A stretch of 62,527 nucleotides of DNA, counting the filler. It is 15 parts of 15 records of this genome, joined end to end, with 100 filler letters (N's around TTAATTAATTAA, not from the genome) between each part and the next. Parts side by side here need not be neighbours in the genome. Positions count along the whole stretch, not along the records: positions 16,814 to 24,875 come from SRR11831585_1099; positions 24,976 to 30,739 come from SRR11831585_1101; positions 30,840 to 35,066 come from SRR11831585_1105; positions 35,167 to 38,603 come from SRR11831585_1116; 11 more parts are not named here. One strand, 5' to 3'. The notes beneath the pieces are model-generated. The model was not told where the DNA came from, ran no database searches, and was given only the letters and a program-made list of their open reading frames with translations. This document shows, one piece after another, positions 20,659 through 36,810 of the stretch. The position numbers and the translations under genes are program-made. Each line of letters starts with the position of its first letter. Position 1 is the stretch's first letter.

Positions 20659-23600
20659 ATGTCCCACCTCGACGAGCGCCATCTCTGTCCCTGTTGCTGC
20701 ATGAACTATACTCGACCGGTCGAACTCTCGTGCTCGCATGTGCTCTGCACGGACTGTGTCACTGGTCGTCTCACCAACCGCGACGCACCTTCATCGATGT
20801 CTGCGCAACTGCTCAATCACAGCATGACGAGTGTGAGTGAGAGTGTGTCGGGGTTGGGGGCGGCAGCAGCAGCAGCAGCAGCAGCTGAATACGAGCGTAG
20901 GGCAGCCGGGAATGGGGGATTTGTACGTTAAGGGAGAGTTTTGTGTCGTTATGTTGTGCGTAGATGTGGAGTAAGCTTGTTCGTTCATTCCGTCTGTACG
21001 TTTGGGGAGAGTTCGTATGTATGTATACTGTGTGTACCTATGTGCGTGTAGGTGTGTTCCCTCACATCCGTCATCTGTACGGTGACACCGCTGTTTTATG
21101 CAGTGTGCGTGTGTGTGTACACATTCCCTCGTGCTTGTATCTATATTCGTGTCCTCTGTACATGTGACTTGTATCATTGCTCCAACACGTTTCTTCATCC
21201 AATTTGATCTGTGCGCCCGTGCATCTCGACCGGTGTGCCGCCTTTTCTTTATGTACTCGTTATCCGCTCACAAGCTGTGTGTGCGTGTGTGTGATGTGTG
21301 TGTTTTTGTGTGTTTGTTCCGTCACACAGAAGCTCAAGCTCTATTCTTCCGTCGGGGGCTGTGTATGAGTGTCCTGTGTGTTTCGCGGTGGCCACCGTGG
21401 TTCGCCGAGTGGATGACGTGGTTCAGAAGACACGAGCCTGTTCTGGTATGTGGCGGTGTAATGACACATATGGGTGGCAATAATCTGACAAAGAAATGTG
21501 TTTGTGCGCTTTGTGTCGCGTATTTTATGTCTATAGAAGTGTATATACCTGTGTGTGTGTGCGCGTAGTGTACATGTTGAGCTGAGCGCTTACTCCCGTT
21601 TTGGTGCTCGTGTACCCGTCGCTGCCCCGTGTGCGTCTATATGCGTGCCCCTCTTACTGTTTCACATATTCTGTATGTTATTTTGTTTCGCTCACCACAC
21701 GTGATCGTGTAGAATGCGCGGATGAATCGAGTGCGATTTTTTGTGTGGATTGTCAGCAAGAGCTGTGTATCGGATGTGACTCGCGCATCCATTCGTTTAA
21801 AACCCTCAACAGTCACCACAGACTCGGGATTAATGTACGTGCCATATTCGGAATATACACGTGAGTTGTGCGTGTGTACGTGCGTGTGCGTGCGTGTGCG
21901 TTCGTGTGTGTGTGCTGATGGTTGCGGACCGGTCCCTGTGCGTGTACGACATCAAACCGACTGTGTATCTGATTTATCCCTACGTATTTGTGTGTTATAT
22001 AGAGACCATCCACAGGCGATGTTGTCTGTGTCAACCATCCTTCGCGTCCCGCCTCATTTTATTGCAATGAGACGCATTCCCCGGTGTGTGTTGATTGCCA
22101 CGTGGGTCCGGCACATGCCTCGCATAATCACTTGAATCCGTCACAGGCCGCGGAGGTGCGTGTGTGTGTCTCGGAATACATATGTGCGTGTGTATGTTTG
22201 TGTGTTGCTTCTCGATTTATGTATAGCCCGTACTTTGTTCCCCTCTTTATGATAACTCCCTCGTCTATGGTTTGTGTGAGAAAATTCACACGCACATCTC
22301 CTCGTCACCGTTTCTATGCGGGCGTCTATTTGCTCTGCACGAACGAGCGCACTGTCGCACGATGTTTATGTCTTGTGTGCTTATGTGTGCTTTATGTGTC
22401 TTGTGTTCTTATATGTGCTTTATGTGTCTTATGTGCTTATCTGTGCTTATGCGTCTTGTAATGCTTATGTGATCTGTTCGTGTTCTTATGTGTACTTTAT
22501 GTGTCTTCCATGCTTTATGTGTCTTGTGTTCTCATGTGTGTGAGTATGCAGGCCCTATCACACGAGCTTCGAGACTCTATCTATCACGCTACGGAGTTTG
22601 TACACAAGGCACGGGACCGCCTTAAGCAGAGCGACAGTGTGTCAGAACAGGTGCAGGTACGCACGCTCACAAACACACACGCACACATATATATAGAATA
22701 GATGCTACTGTGATCATTATTTATTATGATTCTTTGTGGGATGTCTGTGGTGTGGATGGTTGTGTTTGTCTTCGTGTTGTGCGTTGGATTGTGTTGTGTC
22801 CATATGTATTGTGAGCGCTATGGGCATGTGTTTTGTATACGCTGTGTCGCTGTGAATACCGCGGTCCCTCATGCGTTTTCTCTGTATGTGTGTTTATATG
22901 TGTGTTTCGATTTGCATCCACAGACACAACATAGTAAGAGCCTGGAAGAAATTGAGGCTTTCCGGGAACGCGTGCACGTGATGCTAGACAACGCCATCAA
23001 TCGTGTCAGAGATAACATGGGCTACTGCGCCGTTCTTAGAAGTACGCGGCTATTGCAGCTTTGTTGCTTTTTGCTCAAGGAGGTTTAACCTGTGATTTTG
23101 TGTCCGCTTCTTTGCGACCTACGTGTATGATGTGATGCTCCGTTTTTGATTTCTTGTCACGACCTGCATCTTTTGTGTATATGTGCGTCATCATTCAGAT
23201 TATTTTTATGGTACTCAATGGGGTGCGTATGTATCGAAGCGTATGTTTAAATTCACAAGCTTCGCGTGCGTGCATGTGTGTGTTGGTGGAATTCGTCATC
23301 GATTGTTCATATGTACATAGCGGGTCATCGTTGTTCGTTTTTACCATCTCACTCTTGTTGCTGTATCGTGTAGAAAAACGCGTGGAGAAAGCACGTGCCG
23401 GCCTGCAACAACGTATCGCGTCAGCTAACTTGGCCATCGCATCGGCCCGTCAGCAAGGTACGCCAGTTTGTAATTTTGTGAGTGAGTATGTTTGTATATG
23501 CATTCCTTTCGAGTTTCGTTTTGTGTCGTACGGCCGCTCCACCGCTGAATCGCCTACGGGCACCCCTTTATATCCATAACAATACCGCGTCTCCATATTT

Positions 23601-24875
23601 TGACCGTGATGTCATTGCGTAGCGTCTCATCGTGCTGCTTCGGATCTGCTATATCTGCATCATCCGATCTCTGAACGCTTGGTGACTGTGTGTGCTGAGA
23701 TTGAAAAGGTATGCTGTCACAGATCGTTTTTTGGTTTGTATATCGGTGTGTTTGTGTGGGTGTATATGTATGTGCGTGTGCGTGTGTGTGTGCGAATATG
23801 TATGCGCATGGATATATATCTGTCTCGCTCACACCAGTACACACCGCGCACAACCTGAGTAGTGTGCCAAGTTTTCCCTCCTCGTTCAATCTCATCTTGG
23901 TCCCTATATGGGCACTTACTTACTCACACACCACACATAGTACACACAATCCGAATATCAGACGTTGCTGCCCCGTTCCGACACGATGCCCTCGGTCATT
24001 GTGCCGGCTATGCTGGAAGAAGGACTGCAAAGAATTTGCATCGACCCAGATCAGGTACTGTTTTCCGTGTCTCTCTTCTCGCGTTGCTTCGCGTCACACC
24101 ACTGTGCATCTGTTCGTGTGTGCTCATATTTTTACATGTGTGTTGAGTGAGTATACGCAATGTTCATCGGTATGAGTCCTTTTTTTTCTGCTCCAATGCA
24201 AGTGCTGTCTTCTGCTCCCGAATGCATTCGCTGTTTTCCGTAACTTAGTTGTTGTTGTTGATGTTCCGTGTGTGTGCGTGTTCTCATCTCTTGCAGCTGA
24301 GAGAGGAAGGCGAGCCAGTCGCAGACGCCCAGTACGAAAGCATTTTGCAAACAGAACAAACCCTTTACAACGCCGAGCTGAATTTCCGTGAAACTTTGGA
24401 GATTGGTGTGACGACCCGTGCCATGCATGTACGTTTTTGTTTTGACCCAATTCCATTCTCGTGTGTTGCCCTCCAACGCAAACTACTTTGTAGTACCATG
24501 TTTCAATCATTGAGTTACATGTTTGCACACCTCATCTGTCCGTGTATGACCAAAGAACTGCTGCTATACTATCATGCGCTTCATGTACATGACTAACAAA
24601 CCTCGCTTGACAACGCGCCGGTAGATTGATCAAGTTCGTCAAATCCACGAGGCCAAAGACCAAACAGAGAAAGTGGTGTCGGCTCGTTTGCGTGTGGCCA
24701 AAGCACGACAGGCCAAAGCCATGCGACAGATTATCAAAAACACAGAGCGCCTGGAAGCGCACAAACAGGGACTTTTGTTTTGTAAGGTACGAGATGGGGA
24801 AGGTTATGCTATGCCCCAGAAGTAAGATTGTCATACGTCGTGTCTGTGTGCGTATTGTGTGTGTGTGTGTGTGTG
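20659..24875 (+). CDS. TRIM-like RING/B-box1/B-box2/coiled-coil protein, multi-exon, 3'-partial
   Basis: RING CPCC...PVELSCSHVLCTDC...ECPVC; B-box ECADESSAIFCVDCQQELCIGCDSRIHSFKTLNSHHR (about 21713-21834); B-box CVNH...FYCNETHSPVCVDCHVGPAHASHNH (about 22003-22155); several coiled-coil exons to about 24786. Confidence 0.8.
22362..22540. repeat. Degenerate intronic tandem repeat (TTATGTGTC/TGCTTA-like units)
   Basis: Repeated tgtgcttatgtgtctt-type units inside an intron of the TRIM-like gene. Confidence 0.7.
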
Positions 24876-24975
24876 NNNNNNNNNNNNNNNNNNNNNNNNN
24901 NNNNNNNNNNNNNNNNNNNTTAATTAATTAANNNNNNNNNNNNNNNNNNNNNNNNNNNNNNNNNNNNNNNNNNNN

Positions 24976-25139
24976 CGTACGCGCTCAAACAATTTCAGCC
25001 CGATCACCTTCTCAAAGCGCGCAAGTTCGCGGCTGACGGTTGGCTGTGAGGTGTGTAGCAGGTGTGCCGCCTCAGTCAGGCTTCCGGCGGTCATTACCGC
25101 ATGAAAAATTTCAATATGACGTAAGTTAACGGCGGCCAT
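24976..25139 (-). CDS. lysR: LysR transcriptional activator, 3'-partial
   Basis: MAAVNLRHIEIFHAVMTAGSLTEAAHLLHTSQPTVSRE HTH; divergent from lysA. Confidence 0.97.
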
Positions 25140-25260
25140 TAGCGCTCTCTCGCAATCCGGTAATCCATATCATTTTTGCATAGACTCGACATAAATCGAT
25201 ATTTTTTATTCTTTTTATGATGTGGCGTAATCATAAAAAAGCACTTATCTGGAGTTTGTT

Positions 25261-26523
25261 ATGCCACATTCACTGTTCAGCACCGATACCGATCTCACCG
25301 CCGAAAATCTGCTGCGTTTGCCCGCTGAATTTGGCTGCCCGGTGTGGGTCTACGATGCGCAAATTATTCGTCGGCAGATTGCAGCGCTGAAACAGTTTGA
25401 TGTGGTGCGCTTTGCACAGAAAGCCTGTTCCAATATTCATATTTTGCGCTTAATGCGTGAGCAGGGCGTGAAAGTGGATTCCGTCTCGTTAGGCGAAATA
25501 GAGCGTGCGTTGGCGGCGGGTTACAATCCGCAAACGCACCCCGATGATATTGTTTTTACGGCAGATGTTATCGATCAGGCGACGCTTGAACGCGTCAGTG
25601 AATTGCAAATTCCGGTGAATGCGGGTTCTGTTGATATGCTCGACCAACTGGGCCAGGTTTCGCCAGGGCATCGGGTATGGCTGCGCGTTAATCCGGGGTT
25701 TGGTCACGGACATAGCCAAAAAACCAATACCGGTGGCGAAAACAGCAAGCACGGTATCTGGTACACCGATCTGCCCGCCGCACTGGACGTGATACAACGT
25801 CATCATCTGCAGCTGGTCGGCATTCACATGCACATTGGTTCTGGCGTTGATTATGCCCATCTGGAACAGGTGTGTGGTGCTATGGTGCGTCAGGTCATCG
25901 AATTCGGTCAGGATTTACAGGCTATTTCTGCGGGCGGTGGGCTTTCTGTTCCTTATCAACAGGGTGAAGAGGCGGTTGATACCGAACATTATTATGGTCT
26001 GTGGAATGCCGCGCGTGAGCAAATCGCCCGCCATTTGGGCCACCCTGTGAAACTGGAAATTGAACCGGGTCGCTTCCTGGTAGCGCAGTCTGGCGTATTA
26101 ATTACTCAGGTGCGGAGCGTCAAACAAATGGGGAGCCGCCACTTTGTGCTGGTTGATGCCGGGTTCAACGATCTGATGCGCCCGGCAATGTACGGTAGTT
26201 ACCACCATATCAGTGCCCTGGCAGCTGATGGTCGTTCTCTGGAACACGCGCCAACGGTGGAAACCGTCGTCGCCGGACCGTTATGTGAATCGGGCGATGT
26301 CTTTACCCAGCAGGAAGGGGGAAATGTTGAAACCCGCGCCTTGCCGGAAGTGAAGGCAGGTGATTATCTGGTACTGCATGATACAGGGGCATATGGCGCA
26401 TCAATGTCATCCAACTACAATAGCCGTCCGCTGTTACCAGAAGTTCTGTTTGATAATGGTCAGGCGCGGTTGATTCGCCGTCGCCAGACCATCGAAGAAT
26501 TACTGGCGCTGGAATTGCTTTAA
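25261..26523 (+). CDS. lysA: Diaminopimelate decarboxylase
   Basis: 420 aa with FAQKAC (PLP lysine), HMHIGS, EPGR and GPLCESGD motifs. Confidence 0.99.
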   Translation: MPHSLFSTDTDLTAENLLRLPAEFGCPVWVYDAQIIRRQIAALKQFDVVRFAQKACSNIHILRLMREQGVKVDSVSLGEIERALAAGYNPQTHPDDIVFTADVIDQATLERVSELQIPVNAGSVDMLDQLGQVSPGHRVWLRVNPGFGHGHSQKTNTGGENSKHGIWYTDLPAALDVIQRHHLQLVGIHMHIGSGVDYAHLEQVCGAMVRQVIEFGQDLQAISAGGGLSVPYQQGEEAVDTEHYYGLWNAAREQIARHLGHPVKLEIEPGRFLVAQSGVLITQVRSVKQMGSRHFVLVDAGFNDLMRPAMYGSYHHISALAADGRSLEHAPTVETVVAGPLCESGDVFTQQEGGNVETRALPEVKAGDYLVLHDTGAYGASMSSNYNSRPLLPEVLFDNGQARLIRRRQTIEELLALELL

Positions 26524-26529
26524 CTGCGG

Positions 26530-27561
26530 TTAGTCGCTGGTTGCATGATGACTTGCCTCCAGCGACGGAGTTGACACTGAATGACGACGTACCAGCGTCG
26601 GACTAAAGACATTAGTGATTTCCGGGAGAGGGCGATTATCCGCCAGCGCCAAAGCCAGTTCGGCAGCCTGGGTCGCCATCGTCACGATTGGGTAACGCAC
26701 GGTGGTCAGGCGCGGACGCACATAGCGTGACACCAGCACATCATCAAAGCCAATTAACGAAATCTCACCCGGTACATCAATACCATTATCATTGAGAACG
26801 CCCATCGCACCCGCCGCCATTGAATCGTTATAACAGGCTACCGCAGTGAAATTTCTTCCTCGTCCCAAAAGCTCGGTCATTGCCTGTTCGCCGCCGCTTT
26901 CGTCTGGTTCGCCAAATGTCACCAGCCGGTCATTGGCCGCAATACCACTTTCAGCAAGGGCATCGTAATACCCTTGCAGACGATCTTCGGCGTCAGAAAT
27001 AGAGTGGTTAGAGCACAGATAACCAATGCGGGTATGACCTTGCTGAATTAAATGACGCGTTGCCAGCCAGGCACCGTAACGATCGTCCAGAGCAATACAA
27101 CGGTTTTCAAAGCCAGGCAGGATACGGTTGATCAGCACCATACCGGGCATTTGTTTCATTAATGAGGCTAAATCAGCATCCGGGATCATTTTGGCATGGA
27201 CGACCAACGCAGCACAGCGATGGCGGATCAGTTGCTCAATGGCCTGACGCTCTTTTTGTTCGTTGTGGTAACCGTTGCCAATCAATAAAAAATTACCGGT
27301 GTGATAAGCCACCTGTTCGACCGCTTTCACCATTGCACCGAAAAACGGATCGGAAACATCACCAACGACCAGACCGACCGTTTCAGTGGTCTGCTGCGCC
27401 AGCGCACGGGCGTTGGCGTTCGGGTGATAGCTAAGAGACTCCATTGCACTATGCACAGCCAGCCGGGAAGCTTCGCTGGCTTTGGGTGAATTATTAATGA
27501 CGCGGGAAACGGTGGCGACTGAAACGCCTGCCAGTCGGGCTACATCCTTTATGGTCGCCAT
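26530..27561 (-). CDS. galR: Galactose repressor GalR
   Basis: 343 aa MATIKDVARLAGVSVATVSRVIN, LacI family. Confidence 0.99.
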   Translation of the reverse strand: MATIKDVARLAGVSVATVSRVINNSPKASEASRLAVHSAMESLSYHPNANARALAQQTTETVGLVVGDVSDPFFGAMVKAVEQVAYHTGNFLLIGNGYHNEQKERQAIEQLIRHRCAALVVHAKMIPDADLASLMKQMPGMVLINRILPGFENRCIALDDRYGAWLATRHLIQQGHTRIGYLCSNHSISDAEDRLQGYYDALAESGIAANDRLVTFGEPDESGGEQAMTELLGRGRNFTAVACYNDSMAAGAMGVLNDNGIDVPGEISLIGFDDVLVSRYVRPRLTTVRYPIVTMATQAAELALALADNRPLPEITNVFSPTLVRRHSVSTPSLEASHHATSD

Positions 27562-27774
27562 GAAAATACCTTAGTGGGTAAACGCTTACATTCTTTCAGT
27601 GTTACGGAAAACGCCCGTTGGTTCAAGGGGTGGCGTGTTTTCATCGTGGGAATGTGAGCCAAACGCAAATAAGTAAGACAAAAAAAGAGATTGCAAACCT
27701 TTGGTTACACTTTGCGAAACGCTGTTGCGATTGACCGCTGGTGGCGTTTGGCTTCAGGTTGCTAAAGTGGTGAT

Positions 27775-27856
27775 CCCAGAGGTATTGATAGGTGAAGTCA
27801 ACTTCGGGTTGAGCACATGAATTACACCAGCCTGCGCAGATGCGCAGGTTTTTTTT
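27775..27856 (+). ncRNA. omrB: sRNA OmrB
   Basis: CCCAGAGGTATTGATAGGTGAAG...CCTGCGCAGATGCGCAGGTTTTTTTT. Confidence 0.95.
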
Positions 27857-27970
27857 GCCGGTCATCAATCTGTAACAGTAACCGACAATTTACACACCTC
27901 GTTGCATTTCCCTTCATTCCTTTGCGTTTTCTCGCTGGCGAAGAGTCGTCGTGCAGACCACAATCAAGAT

Positions 27971-28058
27971 CCCAGAGGTATTGATTGGTGAGATTATTCG
28001 GTACGCTCTTCGTACCCTGTCTCTTGCACCAACCTGCGCGGATGCGCAGGTTTTTTTT
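27971..28058 (+). ncRNA. omrA: sRNA OmrA
   Basis: CCCAGAGGTATTGATTGGTGAG...CCTGCGCGGATGCGCAGGTTTTTTTT; paralogue of omrB. Confidence 0.95.
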
Positions 28059-28124
28059 CGCACCTAATTTACTGTCGCTCGCGTTCTTTATCTCGTGTAA
28101 TCTCCCTCCATTCGCTTTTACTGA

Positions 28125-30739
<2,615 letters not shown>

Positions 30740-30943
30740 NNNNNNNNNNNNNNNNNNNNNNNNNNNNNNNNNNNNNNNNNNNNTTAATTAATTAANNNNN
30801 NNNNNNNNNNNNNNNNNNNNNNNNNNNNNNNNNNNNNNNGTGTGTGTGTGTGTGTTTGTGTGTGTGTGCCCACTGCTGCTATCGTATTGCTCTGCGCCAC
30901 GATGGTGTACATGACGTTGTTCGTTGCTTTTGCTTGTGTATAG

Positions 30944-32245
30944 GCGAGGTCGTGGCACAGGTGCTGTCTGCGAGTGGGCGTGCGGCGGAGGACGAGGAAG
31001 AGACACTGCACATGAGCGCAGAACAACTGCGGAAAATGCGCGAAGACCTTGATCTGTATTTGATGCAATGGCGGCGATCGTCCGACAATGTTGCGGTGGT
31101 ATGATTGTCGGCTGCTGGTAGCTGAGCTCCTGCCTGACTGTGCTGTCTGCTTCTGCGTAGGGTTTGGAACTGTGGCGCAAGTTCGAAGCGGTCACCCGTG
31201 AGCTGTCGCAAGAGCTCTGTGAGCAGCTACGGCTCATCCTGGAGCCCACGCTGGCCAGCAAACTGCGAGGCGACTACAGAACGGGCAAGCGCATCAACAT
31301 GAAGAAGGTAACACTAGTGCACCACCTCCCCTCTTAAACACTGTGTGGCAACGTTGCCCCCTTCTTGGTCTTTTCTTCGCACTATGCTCACGTTATTCGT
31401 TGTTTTCAAGGTGATCCCCTACATCGCGAGCAACTTCAAGAAGGACCAGATCTGGCTGCGCCGCACACAGCCCACCAAGCGCGAGTATCAGGTCATGATC
31501 GCAATTGACGACTCCGAGTCTATGCGCCACAACTCTGCGGGCTATATGGCGTGCGAGGCAATGGTTCTGATTGCGCGCGCCCTCTCGCAGTTGGAGGTGG
31601 GAGAGCTCGCCATTGTTAAGTTTGGTGAGACGGTGTCGTTGCTGCATCCGTTCGGGCAGCCGTTCACTGATGAGGCCGGCGCGGTGGTACGCGGGGGTGC
31701 TCGTCTTGTGCTTCATGATATGTTGTGTACTATACGTAATTGCATAGCGGGTATGTAATGCTGCCGTACGTGTAGATCCTACCGCAGTTCGACTTTGGTC
31801 AGCAGAGCACCAACATGGCCAACTTCCTCGAGTCTACTGTCAACATCCTGGAGTTGGCGCGCGCACAGAAACCGCCGCAGGAAACGCTGCAGCTGGTGTT
31901 TGTGATATCGGACGGAATCCTCAGCAGCCGCGAGAAAGTTGCCAAGTGGGCGCGAGAAGCTGCCTCCCGCAACCAGTTGCTTGTGTTTTTGATCATCGAT
32001 AACCCAGGCAAGCAGGACTCCATCTTGCAGCATCAGACTGTCACTTTCCCGGGCGGCAAATTGACACGCACGGCGTATTTGAGTGAATTCCCCTTCCCGT
32101 ACGTGTTCTGTTGCGACTTGTACTCTGTCTTATGCGTCGTGTGCTGTGCTGCAGATATTATGTTGTGCTGCGGAATGTGAACCGACTGCCCGAGGTCCTT
32201 GCGGATGCTCTTCGTCAGTGGTTTGAGTTGCTGCAGCGCTCGTAA
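30944..32245 (+). CDS. MDN1: Midasin (Rea1) C-terminal VWA/MIDAS region, 5'-partial, multi-exon
   Basis: LSQELCEQLRLILEPTLASKLRGDYRTGKRINMKK|VIPYIASNFKKDQIWLRRTQPTKREYQVMIAIDDSESM...LVFVISDG...LPEVLADALRQWFELL. Confidence 0.95.
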
Positions 32246-32504
32246 GCACACGGGTCCGCGCGGCGCGGCGCCTGCGTCCTCGCCAGGTGTTCAGTCAATT
32301 TTGTGATGAATGATGATGTAATTAATGTATATAGTGTTGCCTATTTATTCGCTGTAGTTCGCATGCATAAAGACTATCGTGTTTGCGGTTCAAGATTCTG
32401 TTTGATTCATTTATTCACTCCGTCTATTCGCACGGATATAGCTTATCAGACAGAACAAAAGGCACCGACCCACCAGTACGACAAAATACCATCGCAGGAG
32501 CCTG

Positions 32505-35066
<2,562 letters not shown>

Positions 35067-35166
35067 NNNNNNNNNNNNNNNNNNNNNNNNNNNNNNNNNN
35101 NNNNNNNNNNTTAATTAATTAANNNNNNNNNNNNNNNNNNNNNNNNNNNNNNNNNNNNNNNNNNNN

Positions 35167-35790
35167 GCCCGATGTCGATACACCGCCAACTTGTGCCGCC
35201 TCAATAAACTCTTTGCGCTTCAGACTCAGGGTTTGCCCACGCACAATACGAGCCATATCCAGCCAGGAAACCATGCCTATCGCCACGAAAATCAGCAGGA
35301 TGTTTTGACCGAAAAAGGTCACCAGCAAAATGACGAAGAACATGAATGGGAAGGAGTTGAGGATTTCCAGCAGACGCATCATTACCGAATCCACTTTACC
35401 GCCCAGATAACCGGAAAGCGAACCATAAAGTGTCCCGACGACCACAGCCACCAGTGCCGCAGCAACACCGACCATGAGTGAGATACGCCCGCCAATCGCA
35501 ACGCGCACAAGCAGGTCGCGACCGGATGAGTCAGTACCAAAGTAGTGACCGGACTCCATATCCGGGGCGCTGGACATCATCGCCCAGTCAGTATCGTCAT
35601 AGGCAAACTGGGAAAGCATCGGTGCCAGGATTACAAATAACGCGATCAGCACCAGCACTATCAGACTGGCAACCGCCGCACGGTTATGCATAAAACGTCG
35701 ACGTGCGTCCTGCCACAAGCTGCGCCCTTCGACCTCCAGCTTTTCACTGAAATTTTCCAGCGTCTCGCTGTTTTTCTTACTTAACATCAT
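35167..35790 (-). CDS. oppC: Oligopeptide ABC transporter permease OppC, 3'-partial
   Basis: MMLSKKNSETLENFSEKLEVEGRSLWQDARRRF with HYFGTDSSGRD. Confidence 0.98.
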
Positions 35791-35804
35791 CGCGAGCTCC
35801 AGTA

Positions 35805-36725
35805 TCAGTAACGGATTTTCGGGTCGATAACCGCATATAGCACATCGACAATGGCATTAAACAAAATGGTTAAAGCACCAACCAGGATGGTCAGGCTTAA
35901 CACTAAGGAATAGTCACGGTTCAATGCGCCATTAACGAACAGTTGTCCAATCCCCGGCAAACCATAAATGGTTTCGATAACCATAGAACCGGTAATAATG
36001 CCGACAAATGCGGGGCCCATATAAGAGAGCACGGGTAACAGAGCAGGTTTTAATGCGTGACGTAAAATGATCCGCCGCATAGGTAACCCTTTCGCCCGGG
36101 CAGTACGAATAAAATTGGAGTGTAATACTTCAATCATAGAGCCACGGGTAATACGCGCAATACTGGCGATATAAGCGAGTGACAACGCCACCATCGGCAA
36201 TATCATGAATTTAAGCGCCCCACCATTCCAGCCACCGCCCGGCAGCCAATGCAAAATGATCGCAAATATCATGACTAATAATGGTGCAACCACAAAACTG
36301 GGGATAACAACCCCGGTCATTGCCAGCCCCATCACGGTATAGTCCCATTTGGTGTTTTGTTTTAATGCGGCAATAACGCCAGCACTAACACCCAGTATTA
36401 CCGCAAGGAAAAATGCTGCGGCTCCCAGTTTGGCAGAAACGGGAAAACTGGATGCAACCAAGTCATTGACCGAATAATCTTTATATTTAAACGATGGACC
36501 GAAATCACCGTGCGCCAGTTGTTTCAGGTAGCTGAAATACTGTGTCATGATCGGATCATTAAGATGATATTTCGCTTCGATATTGGCCATCACTTCTGGC
36601 GGTAAAGTACGTTCGCCGGTAAAAGGGCTTCCCGGCGCGAGGCGCATCATAAAGAACGAAATAGTAATAAGAATAAATAGCGTCGGAATCGCTTCCAGAC
36701 AGCGACGTAGAATAAATTTTAACAT
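35805..36725 (-). CDS. oppB: Oligopeptide ABC transporter permease OppB
   Basis: 306 aa MLKFILRRCLEAIPTL with the EAA-like loop FIRTARAKGL. Confidence 0.99.
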   Translation of the reverse strand: MLKFILRRCLEAIPTLFILITISFFMMRLAPGSPFTGERTLPPEVMANIEAKYHLNDPIMTQYFSYLKQLAHGDFGPSFKYKDYSVNDLVASSFPVSAKLGAAAFFLAVILGVSAGVIAALKQNTKWDYTVMGLAMTGVVIPSFVVAPLLVMIFAIILHWLPGGGWNGGALKFMILPMVALSLAYIASIARITRGSMIEVLHSNFIRTARAKGLPMRRIILRHALKPALLPVLSYMGPAFVGIITGSMVIETIYGLPGIGQLFVNGALNRDYSLVLSLTILVGALTILFNAIVDVLYAVIDPKIRY

Positions 36726-36810
36726 TGCCCTACCTTCTGGCCTGTGCCTTCTGTAATGCGATAAAAATCAGACACCGTGGAGCAGGACACTCCTGCCCCA
36801 CGTATTGCCA

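Noticed and set aside
21000-24200. Many Cys/Val-rich or His/Thr-rich ORFs
   Set aside because: These are translations of TG/CA-rich intron sequence, not proteins.
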